A stretch of DNA of 64,000 nt from positions 2,912,001 to 2,976,000 of the forward strand of contig OY776562.1 in NCBI GenBank assembly GCA_963675785.1, given 5' to 3'. The position numbers and the translations under genes are program-made. The notes below the pieces were generated by a model. The model was not told the DNA's origin. It searched no databases and saw only the letters and a list, made by a program, of their open reading frames with translations. This DNA is from Anaerolineae bacterium (lineage in GTDB: Bacteria; Chloroflexota; Anaerolineae; UBA1429). This document shows positions 28,666 to 39,230 of this stretch, in pieces. Every line of letters begins with the position of its first letter. Within the stretch, counting starts at the first letter, position 1.

Positions 28666-29319
28666 ATGATGAAAAGCAGATTTACGACTCTTGTAGCAGC
28701 GCTGGGGTTAGTGTTTGTAATGGTTGGCTGTCGGTCTGAAGAATTGCCCGACGGTTCGTTGCACTATGACTTACCCTCGACGATCTCGGTTGATGTGGGC
28801 GGTTATGTACCCGGGACCAACATTCAGTATCTGGGAATGAGTGACCGCGGTGCTCATGTGATGCTTGGCGATCAGATAGCCTACAAAAAAGTGGGCGATT
28901 CGTTGGACTGGTCAGGTACGCCAGTTGATGGCACAGATGTGGACTTGACGTTGCGTGTCTTGTACGTTGGTGATACCAGCCTAAAGCTCGTTGGCGAATC
29001 CGAGCTGACGATTACCGATGCCAATCCCACAGTCGCTCAGATCAGCAAAGAATCAGACATCAAATACGGAGGGCTGGTAACCTATACAGTTCTTCGTGGA
29101 GAGGCTATTCCTGGCTCAACCGTCATTTATGAGGGTTTCGATACGGATGGCGTGATCCTTTCCGGCGTTGAGGGCTACCCGTACCGCAAGACAGGGGATT
29201 CTATCGCCTGGGAGGGCACGCTACGCTCTGATGTTGAGATTGAACTCACTGTTCGAGTGGTTTACTATAACGAAGAGAAGCTATACGTATCTGGAACAGT
29301 GAATCTCTGGCTCGAATAA
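28666..29319 (+). CDS. Putative lipoprotein with two tandem beta-rich repeats
   Basis: Signal peptide with lipobox-like MVGC; internal duplication PG..I.Y.G...G...Y.K.GDS..W.GT......L.T.RV.Y. Confidence 0.8.
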   Translation: MMKSRFTTLVAALGLVFVMVGCRSEELPDGSLHYDLPSTISVDVGGYVPGTNIQYLGMSDRGAHVMLGDQIAYKKVGDSLDWSGTPVDGTDVDLTLRVLYVGDTSLKLVGESELTITDANPTVAQISKESDIKYGGLVTYTVLRGEAIPGSTVIYEGFDTDGVILSGVEGYPYRKTGDSIAWEGTLRSDVEIELTVRVVYYNEEKLYVSGTVNLWLE

Positions 29320-29408
29320 TGCAGAGTCAGATGGAGCTTTGCGCTGACTTTGGCAAGTTGGTATAATGTGATAAACTAGGAAAATTCCAAAAAGGAGACG
29401 ATGTCTGC

Positions 29409-30626
29409 ATGGACGATCAGGACTATACCGCGCTGAATACTGAAGGAGGTGAAGGGGCTGAACAGTCTGTCAATCCGATGGCTGCGCTTTTGGAGCAGGG
29501 CTATGGTTGCACCTTCCCAGAGCGTGGAAAGATTGTAGAAGGCACGATTGTATCAGTTAACCCTAATGAGGTTCTCATTGACATCAACTACAAGAGCGAA
29601 GGAATTGTTAGCTCGCGCGATTTGAGCAAGCTGACTTCCGAGTACCGTGATTCGCTCAAGGTAGGCAAAAAGGTCAAGGCTTATGTGGTTCGACCTGAAG
29701 ATGCCAAAGGGAACACCATTCTTTCACTTCAGCGTGCGTTGTTGGAGAACGACTGGGACGAAGCCACGAGTCTATACGAGGCGGAAGAGGTGTTCTCCAA
29801 GCCGGTCGTGAGCTATAATAAGGGTGGCGTGATCGTTAACGTCGGTCATGTAAGGGGATTCGTCCCCGCTTCCCAAATTGTGAGTGCTCGTGGACTTCAC
29901 GGCGGAGATCAGGGCCAGCGCGATGACATGCTTGCTGGCGTCGTGGGTACCGAGCTCAAGCTCAAGATTATTGAGATCGACCGTCGCCGCAATCGCCTGA
30001 TCCTTTCGGAGCGGGCTGCGGTACGCGAGTGGCGCCGTGAACAGAAGGATCGCTTGCTTGATGAGCTTCAAGAGGGCGAAGTTCGTAGAGGTGTTGTCAG
30101 CAGCTTGTGTGATTTTGGTGCCTTTGTGGATCTTGGCGGAGCTGACGGCCTTGTTCACCTTTCGGAGCTTGCCTGGCGTCGCGTTGGGCATCCTCGAGAG
30201 ATCCTCAAGGTGGGGCAAGAAGTTGATTCCTATGTCCTTTCTGTGGATCGCGATCGCCGGCGTATAGCTCTTAGCCTCAAGCGTCTTCAGAAGGAACCCT
30301 GGAGCCAGGTTGAGGATGCTTATACTGTCGGGCAGGTTGTTAAATGCACGATAACCAAGATTACAGACTTTGGTGCTTTTGCTCGGCTGGATGACAACAT
30401 CGAAGGCTTGATTCACATTTCCGAGCTTTCTGAGGAGCGTATTGAGCATCCCGGTGAGGTTGTTCAGGAAGGCCAGGAATTGGAGTTGAGAATCATCCGT
30501 ATTGATACTGACCGCCAGAGAATCGGTCTCAGCCTGCGCCGCGTTAGCGAAGAGCTGTATGATGCCGATTTCGACTGGGAAGAGGATGATCAACTTGATG
30601 GTGCACTAGATTCAATAGATGCCTAG
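29409..30626 (+). CDS. rpsA: 30S ribosomal protein S1 (4 S1 domains)
   Basis: Repeated S1 motifs (FGAFVDLGGADGLVHLSEL, FGAFARLDDNIEGLIHISEL). Confidence 0.95.
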   Translation: MDDQDYTALNTEGGEGAEQSVNPMAALLEQGYGCTFPERGKIVEGTIVSVNPNEVLIDINYKSEGIVSSRDLSKLTSEYRDSLKVGKKVKAYVVRPEDAKGNTILSLQRALLENDWDEATSLYEAEEVFSKPVVSYNKGGVIVNVGHVRGFVPASQIVSARGLHGGDQGQRDDMLAGVVGTELKLKIIEIDRRRNRLILSERAAVREWRREQKDRLLDELQEGEVRRGVVSSLCDFGAFVDLGGADGLVHLSELAWRRVGHPREILKVGQEVDSYVLSVDRDRRRIALSLKRLQKEPWSQVEDAYTVGQVVKCTITKITDFGAFARLDDNIEGLIHISELSEERIEHPGEVVQEGQELELRIIRIDTDRQRIGLSLRRVSEELYDADFDWEEDDQLDGALDSIDA

Positions 30627-30776
30627 CATTTTTCAAGGCATGGACTGAATGCAATTGGCTGGTAACCAAATCACTGGCCCAAAGCAGCTAGTAGCCCTGC
30701 CAGTGCTAGATACAGGTCGCGTCGTTTTGGCGGTTTCCTAGTTTGCCGTCTTCGACAAGACCAAACAAGTACGGAC

Positions 30777-30818
30777 CGGGGGCCAGTGTGGGCAGACACA
30801 CTGTGCCCCCGTTTCTTT
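30777..30818 (+). terminator. Strong intrinsic terminator immediately upstream of clpC
   Basis: 14-bp stem CGGGGGCCAGTGTG / CACACTG(T)GCCCCCG followed by TTTCTTT. Confidence 0.8.
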
Positions 30819-30832
30819 AGGGCAAAGGCAGG

Positions 30833-33259
30833 TTGAAAATGGTTCAGAATCTAGAACGCTTCACCCAGCTTGCCCGCAATGTGCTGGTGATGGCACGCGA
30901 AGAGGCGCAGCGCCTCGGCCATCACTATATTGGAACAGAACATCTCTTGATTGGCCTGCTTCGTGAGCAGGATGGGATGGCGTTCCGTGTCCTTCATGAT
31001 TCCGGCCTTGATGCGGATACAGTGCGCGTTGTGGTGCGAGATTTGGTTGGTGCTGGCGAGTCTTCTGCCTCTGCCATGCAATTGGGCGACCAGACACGCG
31101 TTGTCATCGAGGCCGCAGTGCTCGAGGCCAAGCGCCTTGGGCACCGCAATGTTGGGACAGAGCACCTGTTGCTGGGGCTGATTCGAGAGTCTGACAGTAT
31201 GGGCGTTGCCGTGTTGCGGCACTTGAACGTCCGTTCTGATGTTGTGCGCCAAAAAACCTTGATGATGATTCGCGAGCGCATGACACCTGTCGCAAATGCG
31301 CCGCAAGAAAAGACACGCGGTCAGCATTCTGTACTGGATGAAGTGGGCATTGATCTCACCGAGCTCGCTCGCCAGGGTGCCCTCGATCCCGTCATTGGAC
31401 GAACCAAAGAGATCGAGCGGGTGGTTCAAATCCTCGCCCGTCGCAACAAGAATAACCCCGCTTTAATTGGTGAACCCGGTGTTGGCAAAACAGCTATCGT
31501 CGAGGGATTGGCCCAACGTATTGTTCAGGGGCGTGTGCCTGCGGATCTCGAATTCAAACGTGTTGTGCGCTTGGATGTAGGAACGTTGGTGGCAGGCACC
31601 ATGTATCGCGGCCAGTTTGAGGAACGTCTCAAGCACGTTATTGATGAGCTCAAATCCTCGGATACTATTGTATTCATCGACGAACTGCACATGATTGTGG
31701 GGGCTGGTGCTGCTGGCAACCAGGTCGATGCCGCCAATATCCTCAAGCCTGCCTTGTCTAGAGGCGAAATTCAGTGTATTGGCGCTACCACGTTGGATGA
31801 ATACCGCAAGCATATTGAAAGCGATGCTGCGCTTGAGCGACGTTTTCAGCCTGTCTATGTCGAAGAGCCCTCGGTAGAAGATACCGTTGCCATTCTCAAG
31901 GGGGTGCGCAGTCGTTATGAAGCCCATCATGGCCTCAAGATCAGCGATGAGGCAATAGAAGCGGCTGCCCGGCTTGCTGCACGGTATGTGTCGGGGCGCT
32001 TTTTGCCTGATAAGGCGATCGACCTTGTCGATGAAGCGGCATCCCGAGTACGCGTTTTCAAACATTTTGAAGGAGAGCGCTCCGAAAGCGAAGATGATTT
32101 GCTTTCGCTGGAAACCATCTACCGCCAGGATTCACTACTCGCCTCGTTTGATCAGGGTGAGGATATTAAATTCGAATTCAGCGAGCAGGTTGTGCGTGCT
32201 GAAGATATTGCCGAGATTGTCGCCATGTGGACTGGTGTTCCTGTGGCATCCATGGCCGAATCCGAATCCGAACGCTTGTTACATATGGAAGATGAACTCC
32301 ACAAGCGGATTGTTGGGCAGGATAGAGCGATCAAGATTCTGGCGCGCGCGGTCCGCCGGGCTCGGGCAGGATTGCGTGATCCGCGTCGCCCCATTGCTTC
32401 GCTTATTTTCCTTGGCCCCACTGGCGTAGGCAAGACCGAGCTCTGTAAGGCCTTGGCAGGATTTATGTTTGGCAGCGACGATGCTTTGTTGCAGCTCGAT
32501 ATGTCCGAGTTTATGGAAAGGCATACACTCTCTCGGCTCGTAGGTGCGCCTCCTGGGTATGTGGGTTATGATTCTGCTGGCCAGCTTACTGAGGCTGTCC
32601 GCCGTCGACCCTATACGGTAGTTTGTTTTGACGAAATCGAAAAGGCCCACCCCGAAGCTTTTAATATGCTTTTGCAGATTATGGAAGAGGGACATCTTTC
32701 TGATGCTCGGGGTCGTAAGGTGGATTTTCGTAACACCATCATCATCATGACTTCAAACATCGGCAGTGACGTTATTACCCGGGATGTCTCACTTGGATTC
32801 GACACCGCACCAGAGGAACTTGCCGAGCGTCAGCGCTATAGCGATATGAAGGGTAAGCTCCTTACTGAACTAAAGCACTTGGTGCGTCCCGAGTTCTTGA
32901 ATCGTGTGGACGATGTTGTCGTCTTTCATCAACTCAGTCGCGATGAAATATCGCAGATTATCGAGATTCAGCTTGCCGAGCTGAATCAGCGACTTGAACC
33001 CATGAATATTCAAGTTTCTTGCAGCGAGGCGGGCCGTGAGGCGTTACTTACCGAGGGGTACGATCCACAGTATGGTGCTCGGCCTATGCGCAGAGCGGTT
33101 CAACGCTTGATCGAAGACCCACTTGCCGAACAAGTTTTGGATGGTGTATTGCGCGCAGGGGATCACGTGCTGGTTGATAGCAAGGATGGCGAAATTATTC
33201 TGCAGCCAAATTATCCTATTACTGAATCCAGTCTTTTGCTATCTGGCGACCGGCAGTAG
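30833..33259 (+). CDS. clpC: ATP-dependent Clp protease ATP-binding subunit ClpC
   Basis: Two Clp-N repeats (GTEHLL), [27 protein letters not shown] and ClpP-docking loop LGF. Confidence 0.93.
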   Translation: MKMVQNLERFTQLARNVLVMAREEAQRLGHHYIGTEHLLIGLLREQDGMAFRVLHDSGLDADTVRVVVRDLVGAGESSASAMQLGDQTRVVIEAAVLEAKRLGHRNVGTEHLLLGLIRESDSMGVAVLRHLNVRSDVVRQKTLMMIRERMTPVANAPQEKTRGQHSVLDEVGIDLTELARQGALDPVIGRTKEIERVVQILARRNKNNPALIGEPGVGKTAIVEGLAQRIVQGRVPADLEFKRVVRLDVGTLVAGTMYRGQFEERLKHVIDELKSSDTIVFIDELHMIVGAGAAGNQVDAANILKPALSRGEIQCIGATTLDEYRKHIESDAALERRFQPVYVEEPSVEDTVAILKGVRSRYEAHHGLKISDEAIEAAARLAARYVSGRFLPDKAIDLVDEAASRVRVFKHFEGERSESEDDLLSLETIYRQDSLLASFDQGEDIKFEFSEQVVRAEDIAEIVAMWTGVPVASMAESESERLLHMEDELHKRIVGQDRAIKILARAVRRARAGLRDPRRPIASLIFLGPTGVGKTELCKALAGFMFGSDDALLQLDMSEFMERHTLSRLVGAPPGYVGYDSAGQLTEAVRRRPYTVVCFDEIEKAHPEAFNMLLQIMEEGHLSDARGRKVDFRNTIIIMTSNIGSDVITRDVSLGFDTAPEELAERQRYSDMKGKLLTELKHLVRPEFLNRVDDVVVFHQLSRDEISQIIEIQLAELNQRLEPMNIQVSCSEAGREALLTEGYDPQYGARPMRRAVQRLIEDPLAEQVLDGVLRAGDHVLVDSKDGEIILQPNYPITESSLLLSGDRQ

Positions 33260-33264
33260 CGCGC

Positions 33265-34620
33265 ATGGCCAAGCCAAAGACCCGATTTGTGTGTCGGGAA
33301 TGTGGGGCAGAGCAGCCCGGTTGGATGGGGCGCTGCCCCACTTGTGGTGAATGGAACACGCTAGAAGAGGTTATTCCTTCGCCTGGCGTGCGCATCGAAC
33401 GTTCTTTGGCCGGAGGTCAGGTATCCCGATTGGCCGAGATATCTCCCAGCGGGCGTGAACGTATTCAAGTGCCTATCGGCGAGTTTGCCCGTGTACTCGG
33501 AGGTGGGCTTGTGCCGGGCGCTGTGACGTTGTTAAGTGGCGATCCAGGCATTGGCAAATCCACGTTATTGTTACAACTTGCTGCCACCATGTCTGCACAG
33601 GGTCATAAAACACTATATGTTTCTGCTGAGGAATCTGCCCATCAGATCAAGTTACGGGCCGACAGGTTGAGCCTAAAAGCAGACGATCTTTATATCTCTT
33701 CAGAAATATGCATGGATACCATCTTGACCCAGATAGGCGACTTGAAGCCGACCATTGTGGTTGTGGATTCGATTCAAACAGTCTATCTCGAAGACGTATC
33801 GAGTTCTGCTGGCAGCGTGACCCAAGTTCGGGAGTGTGCAGCCGCTCTAGTCCGAGCCGCAAAAACAATGGATATGGCGGTGTTTCTGGTGGGCCATGTG
33901 ACCAAAGCTGGTAGTATTGCCGGTCCACGGCTCCTGGAGCATATTGTGGATACAGTGTTGTATATGGAGGGAGAACGGTTTCACGCCTACCGTTTACTGC
34001 GCAGCGTCAAGAATCGCTTCGGTTCCACAGATGAAGTTGGCGTTTTTGAAATGCGCGAAGAGGGTATGGTAGAAGTGCCCAATCCCTCGCAGGTTTTTCT
34101 CGAGGAAAGGCTCGGACGGGCGACGGGCTCGGCGATTGCTGTAACTATGGAAGGAACCCGCCCCCTTTTGGTAGAAGTTCAAGCGTTGGCTAGTACGTCG
34201 AATCTCCCCCACCCTCGACGTACTGCGAACGGTTTTGATATTAATCGTGTGCTTCTATTGGCGGCTGTATTGGCCAAGCGAGTGGGTCTTGGACTGAACG
34301 ATCAAGACATCTTTGTAAACATTGTCGGCGGATTGCGAGTGGGTGAACCCGCAGTGGATCTCCCAGCAGCTGTGGCCATGGCGTCTAGCCATTACAATCG
34401 CCCCGTTCGCGAGGGATTGGCCATGTTTGGCGAGGTTGGCTTGTCGGGTGAATTGCGCAGTGTTGGCCAGAGCGAACGTCGTATTAACGAGGCACGAAAA
34501 CTAGGTTTCGACCATATTCTCATGCCGCCTATCCGGAACAGTTCTACAAAGACTGATGGTGTCGCTATTCTGGGAGTGCGAACTCTGGCAGAGGCTGTTG
34601 ATTTGGCTTTGCAAAAATAG
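33265..34620 (+). CDS. radA: DNA repair protein RadA/Sms
   Basis: C4 zinc finger, GDPGIGKSTL, KNRFG and Lon-like C-terminus. Confidence 0.97.
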   Translation: MAKPKTRFVCRECGAEQPGWMGRCPTCGEWNTLEEVIPSPGVRIERSLAGGQVSRLAEISPSGRERIQVPIGEFARVLGGGLVPGAVTLLSGDPGIGKSTLLLQLAATMSAQGHKTLYVSAEESAHQIKLRADRLSLKADDLYISSEICMDTILTQIGDLKPTIVVVDSIQTVYLEDVSSSAGSVTQVRECAAALVRAAKTMDMAVFLVGHVTKAGSIAGPRLLEHIVDTVLYMEGERFHAYRLLRSVKNRFGSTDEVGVFEMREEGMVEVPNPSQVFLEERLGRATGSAIAVTMEGTRPLLVEVQALASTSNLPHPRRTANGFDINRVLLLAAVLAKRVGLGLNDQDIFVNIVGGLRVGEPAVDLPAAVAMASSHYNRPVREGLAMFGEVGLSGELRSVGQSERRINEARKLGFDHILMPPIRNSSTKTDGVAILGVRTLAEAVDLALQK

Positions 34621-34683
34621 TTTTATCTTTTGTTCTCTTGGTGCATTCATATCATTTATCCAACAGTCATCTGGAGGATCAGG

Positions 34684-35739
34684 TTGTCCCTTTCAATCAT
34701 CATTCGAATTGTTGTTGTTATCATCAGTGGGGCGATCGCCTGGGAGATCGGGGTTCTGACGCCGCATGTGGCCGCCTTTATCGGAATGGGCATCGAGTTC
34801 TACGAGGCTATTCTGGCTCTTGTTGGCGCGGTCCTGGGATTTGTACTTGCTCCCCATCTCACTACCAAGCCGTTCAGAGCCGTCTATGACCGACTTGCAA
34901 GTACGCCGGTGCGGGTGTTAATCCAATCCACCATCGGCATGGTCATCGGCTTTTTGATGGGTGCTTTATTGGCCGGCCCACTTGGGAGATTACCAGGCAT
35001 TATCGGGCAGATTCTTCCCGGCATGGCTGCCTTGCTCTTGGGCTTTATCGGCGCGCGTATCGGCAGCCAGCGAGGCGATGAGGTTTTGGCTGTACTAGGG
35101 CTAAAGATGATCGAGTCCACCGAAAAGCGGCATGTGGTACTGTTGGATACAAGTGTCATTATTGATGGGCGAATTGCCGATATCGCCCGAAGCGGGTTCA
35201 TCCGTGAGATCATGATTGTGCCCCGGTTTGTGCTCAATGAACTCCAGTATGTGGCCGATTCGGCTGATGTACTTCGCCGTAACCGTGGTCGACGAGGGTT
35301 GGATGTGCTCAACCGCCTTGAAAAAGCCCCGGCTGTGTCGCTAGAGATCAGTGAAGAGATTATTGACGAGGTGGACGAAGTGGATTCCAAGCTGGTAACC
35401 CTGGCTCGACGCCTCGATTGTCCGATACTGACGAACGACTATAATCTTAACCGCATTGCCGAGCTTCAACATGTTCAGGTGCTCAATATTAATGAACTGG
35501 CCAACGCCGTCAAGGTTATTGTCCTGCCAGGCGAATCTCTTGAAGTTACCGTGATTCAAGAAGGCAAGGAAGTTGGACAAGGCGTAGGATACCTGGATGA
35601 TGGGACGATGATTGTTGTTGAGGATGGCAGGCGGCTCATTGGCCGCACTGTATCTATCAGCGTGACGCGCGTTCTGCAGACGGTCGCCGGAAGAATGATC
35701 TTTGGTCAGCCGGGTGCCGATTCAGCGACGCAGGATTAG
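34684..35739 (+). CDS. PIN/TRAM domain membrane protein (YacL-like)
   Basis: Four TM segments, LLDTSVIIDGRI, RGRRGLD, TNDYNL and GVGYLDDGTMIVV; likely TTG start after GGAGG. Confidence 0.92.
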   Translation: MSLSIIIRIVVVIISGAIAWEIGVLTPHVAAFIGMGIEFYEAILALVGAVLGFVLAPHLTTKPFRAVYDRLASTPVRVLIQSTIGMVIGFLMGALLAGPLGRLPGIIGQILPGMAALLLGFIGARIGSQRGDEVLAVLGLKMIESTEKRHVVLLDTSVIIDGRIADIARSGFIREIMIVPRFVLNELQYVADSADVLRRNRGRRGLDVLNRLEKAPAVSLEISEEIIDEVDEVDSKLVTLARRLDCPILTNDYNLNRIAELQHVQVLNINELANAVKVIVLPGESLEVTVIQEGKEVGQGVGYLDDGTMIVVEDGRRLIGRTVSISVTRVLQTVAGRMIFGQPGADSATQD

Positions 35740-35885
35740 TGGAATGACTCAGTTTGAGATCAGCGCCGTGCAGAATTGCGGCAAAAGTACAACGCTACAG
35801 TGCGTTTGTATCAAGGGGTACAGCCTATAAGCTGTGCCCCGTATCGGCTTGCCGCCATTCGAGTCTAGTTCTTGGGAGTCATAAC

Positions 35886-37331
35886 ATGACGCTGTATGTT
35901 TACAATACGCTGATACGAGAAAAACAAGAGTTTGTGCCCCTACACCCCGGGCGTGTGCATATGTACGTCTGCGGCCCTACGGTCTATAACGACAGCCACC
36001 TTGGCCACGGCAAGACATATATTAATTTTGATACTGTTGTGCGCTATCTGCGTTATCTTGGTTATCAGGTTGTGTATGTTCAAAACATCACGGATGTAGG
36101 TCACCTCCTTGATTCGGGCGAAGACCGCATGCTCAAGGGAGCCCTCCGTGAGCATAAGCATCCCATGGCTATTGCCGAAACCTATACGCAGCGCTATTTC
36201 AGTGATATGGATCGGCTTAATGTACTCAGGCCGGATATTTCGCCGCGCGCCACTGGGCATGTCCCCGAAATGATTGAGATGATCGAAACCTTGATCGAAA
36301 AGGGCTATGCCTACGAAATGAATGGTTCGGTCTACTTTAGCGTGCGTAGCGATCCGGACTATGGCAAACTTTCAGGGCGCCACGTTGATAATATGATGAG
36401 CGGCACTCGGGTTGAGACTCGCGATGAAAAACGGGATCCAGAGGACTTTGCGCTTTGGAAAAAGGCCGAGCCCGAGCACATCATGCGATGGAAAAGCCCC
36501 TGGGGCGAGGGGTTCCCTGGTTGGCACATCGAATGCTCGGCTATGTCTTCCAAGTACTTGGGATTACCCTTTGATATTCACGGCGGCGGTGTGGAGAACA
36601 AGTTCCCCCATCACGAATGCGAGATTGCTCAAGCTGAATGCGCCACTGGCAAGGATTTTGCCCGCTACTGGCTGCATAACGGCATGCTCATGATTCGCGG
36701 CGAAGAGATGCACAAATCCTTGGGAAACTATGTCACTCTGGAGAAAGCATTTGAACGCTGGGATCCCATGGTCATCCGCTTTTTTGTGCTGCAAAGTCAC
36801 TATCGCGGGCCTATTGATTTGACCGAAGACGCCATAGAGGCCGCTGGCAAAGGACTAGATCGTTTGCTCAAGTCAGTTGGCGCGGTGCGCAAAGCCATGG
36901 CGGATGCGCCCGAGGGTGCTGCAAGTGACGCTGTTCTGGAGATGCTGATAGCCACCAGGGCCGAGTTTGAGCGCAGCATGGACGATGATTTCAACACTGC
37001 TGGGGCAACAGCAGCCCTCTTTGAGCTGAGCCGTCAGGTCAATGTGCTTTTTGCAGAGAGCGACATTGTTACACAGAGTTCTCTCCAAGAGATCGACAAT
37101 CTTTTTACCCTTTTACTCGAGAATGTACTGGGTATTCGTTTGGATAACCTCAAGGATAACAGCCTGGGCGAAAGTCTGGCATCCGGATTGATGGACTTGC
37201 TTATTGAGACGCGTGCGGCGCTGCGCCAGGAACGCCAGTGGGCTATGTCCGATAAGATTCGCGATGGTTTGGATTCGCTCGGCGTGGAGTTGGGAGATGG
37301 CCCAGAGGGGACGACCTGGTCGATCCGCTAG
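35886..37331 (+). CDS. cysS: Cysteine--tRNA ligase
   Basis: MYVCGPTVY, HLGH, DFALWK, PGWHIECSAM and MDDDFNT; the KMSKS position reads EMHKS. Confidence 0.96.
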   Translation: MTLYVYNTLIREKQEFVPLHPGRVHMYVCGPTVYNDSHLGHGKTYINFDTVVRYLRYLGYQVVYVQNITDVGHLLDSGEDRMLKGALREHKHPMAIAETYTQRYFSDMDRLNVLRPDISPRATGHVPEMIEMIETLIEKGYAYEMNGSVYFSVRSDPDYGKLSGRHVDNMMSGTRVETRDEKRDPEDFALWKKAEPEHIMRWKSPWGEGFPGWHIECSAMSSKYLGLPFDIHGGGVENKFPHHECEIAQAECATGKDFARYWLHNGMLMIRGEEMHKSLGNYVTLEKAFERWDPMVIRFFVLQSHYRGPIDLTEDAIEAAGKGLDRLLKSVGAVRKAMADAPEGAASDAVLEMLIATRAEFERSMDDDFNTAGATAALFELSRQVNVLFAESDIVTQSSLQEIDNLFTLLLENVLGIRLDNLKDNSLGESLASGLMDLLIETRAALRQERQWAMSDKIRDGLDSLGVELGDGPEGTTWSIR

Positions 37332-38094
37332 TCGTGGCCAGCAACCAGTTGAATATCTTGCTGGACGAAACTCAGTGCGTGAAGCACTGTTCGCCAGGAG
37401 AAGAGCCATCCAGCGGGTGATTGTCGCTCATGGAACCGAAGCCAGTGGAACTCTGGGCGATATCCTTGCGTTAGCTGAGGAAGGCGATATAACGGTCGAG
37501 TATGATGACCGAAATCGCCTGGACCAGCTTTCGGAAGGTGTCTATCATCAGGGTGTTGTGGCAGAAACCAGCTCTTATCCATACGTTGAACTGGATGATT
37601 GCCTGGCCCGTGCCAGCGAACTGAACGAGATGCCCTTTTTGCTGGCCCTGGACTCTGTTCAGGACCCACAAAACGTCGGTTCTCTGTTGCGCACGGCAGA
37701 AGCTGTGGGGGTTCACGGGGTTATCATTCCAGGGCGCCGTAGCGCTAGCATTACGCCAGCTGTCAGTCGAGCTTCGGTCGGCGCGGTAGAGCATTTGCTC
37801 ATTGCAAATGTTACGAATCTGACGCGGACGCTCAACGCGCTCAAGGCTCAGAACCTCTGGGTTGTTGGTATCGAGGGGCTTGCTGAGGCTCAAGAGTACG
37901 ATACGGTAGATTTGGCCATGCCTCTAGTGCTTGTATTAGGTAGCGAGGGGCAGGGCATGGGCCGCCTGGTTTCTGAGACATGTGATATCCTGGTGCGTTT
38001 GCCCATGCGTGGTCAGGTGACTTCGCTCAACGTATCAGTGGCCGGTTCGATCGTACTTTATCGTGCGCTTGAAATGCGCCAGGCTCATAAATAG
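37297..38094 (+). CDS. rlmB: 23S rRNA Gm2251 methyltransferase RlmB
   Basis: HQGVVA, DPQNVGSLLRTA, GSEGQG and SLNVSVA; follows cysS. Confidence 0.93.
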   Translation: MAQRGRPGRSASRGQQPVEYLAGRNSVREALFARRRAIQRVIVAHGTEASGTLGDILALAEEGDITVEYDDRNRLDQLSEGVYHQGVVAETSSYPYVELDDCLARASELNEMPFLLALDSVQDPQNVGSLLRTAEAVGVHGVIIPGRRSASITPAVSRASVGAVEHLLIANVTNLTRTLNALKAQNLWVVGIEGLAEAQEYDTVDLAMPLVLVLGSEGQGMGRLVSETCDILVRLPMRGQVTSLNVSVAGSIVLYRALEMRQAHK

Positions 38095-38153
38095 GCAATT
38101 CAATGAGCTCGACACAGCGATGCGTATAAAAGCAGAGTAAGAGGAAAAACGGG

Positions 38154-39068
38154 ATGAAAGTACTTGTGACAGGTGGTGCAGGCTTTATTGGTTCACATGT
38201 GGTGGATGCATGTTTAGGCGCTGGCCATGATGTGGTCATCATTGATGATCTCTCCACAGGTAAGCAAAGCAACGTCAATGCGAATGCGCGGCTATATGTG
38301 GCCGATATTCGCGATGCGGCGGCCGTCGATAATGTTCTAGCGGCTGAAAGGCCGGATGCTATCTGTCATCTTGCTGCAAAAGCGAATGTGCGTGAGTCGA
38401 TGGAAAAGCCTGTGCTGTATGCTGAGGTGAATATCATCGGCTCTTTGAACCTGCTAGAGGCAGCTCGCAAGTATGGCGTGAAAAAGATCGTCTACGCTTC
38501 GACGGGCGGCGCCGTTTACGGTGAGCCCGAATATTTCCCGGTAGATGAAAAACACCCGGTGAATCCCCTGGATTGTTATGGCGCCAGCAAACACCAAGTA
38601 GAGCACTATTTATTCATTTACAAAAAGAGCTACGGACTGGATTACACCGTTCTGCGCTTTCCCAATGTCTATGGCCCACGACAAGACCCCTATGGCGAGG
38701 CCGGCGTGGTTGCTATTTGGACGGCTCAGATGATGGCGGGTCAACAGCCTGTCATTAACGGCACAGGCGAGCAGGTACGCGACTTTGTGTACGTTGGCGA
38801 TATTGCCCGGGCCAATGTGTTGGCACTCAAAGCAGGTTCTGGCGAGATTATCAACCTGGGAGCAGGCATTGGCACCTCTATCAACGAGGTCTTTTACGCG
38901 CTCCAAGAAGCTACCGGGGCAGCATGCGAAGAAAAACATGCCCCGGCCAAACTAGGCGAAGTGTTCAAGATATATTTGGATGCATCCAAAGCCAAGGAAC
39001 TGCTTGATTGGGAGCCACAAGTGCTGCTGAAAGATGGCATTCAACGTACGGTAGAGTATTTCAGATAG
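38154..39068 (+). CDS. NAD-dependent epimerase/dehydratase (UDP-glucose 4-epimerase-like)
   Basis: VTGGAGFIGSH, YGASK, NVYGPRQ and RDFVYV. Confidence 0.9.
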   Translation: MKVLVTGGAGFIGSHVVDACLGAGHDVVIIDDLSTGKQSNVNANARLYVADIRDAAAVDNVLAAERPDAICHLAAKANVRESMEKPVLYAEVNIIGSLNLLEAARKYGVKKIVYASTGGAVYGEPEYFPVDEKHPVNPLDCYGASKHQVEHYLFIYKKSYGLDYTVLRFPNVYGPRQDPYGEAGVVAIWTAQMMAGQQPVINGTGEQVRDFVYVGDIARANVLALKAGSGEIINLGAGIGTSINEVFYALQEATGAACEEKHAPAKLGEVFKIYLDASKAKELLDWEPQVLLKDGIQRTVEYFR

Positions 39069-39080
39069 ACTTTATCCAAG

Positions 39081-39107
39081 AGCGGCCCGAACACTCGGGC
39101 CGCTTTT
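39081..39107 (+). terminator. Intrinsic terminator
   Basis: AGCGGCCCGA-acac-TCGGGCCGCT followed by TTT. Confidence 0.8.
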
Positions 39108-39230
39108 AATTCTTACAAACATGAAAGCTTGTAAAGCCTGGACATTCGTAAGCCAGTTCGTTAGAATGCGACCATGTTATACTTTTATTCGTACAGCAAC
39201 TAACGGCATTCATCCGTCAGGGAGTATTTT

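Noticed and set aside
30688-30710. CIRCE-like or CtsR-like operator upstream of clpC
   Set aside because: TAGCCCTG-C-CAGTGCTA lacks the 9-nt spacer and consensus of CIRCE, and I saw no CtsR heptad repeat.
35754-35885. N-terminal extension of CysRS, or a T-box upstream of cysS
   Set aside because: Homology begins at ATG 35886 after a GGGAG RBS, and I found no T-box GGTGGNACC motif here or upstream of leuS.
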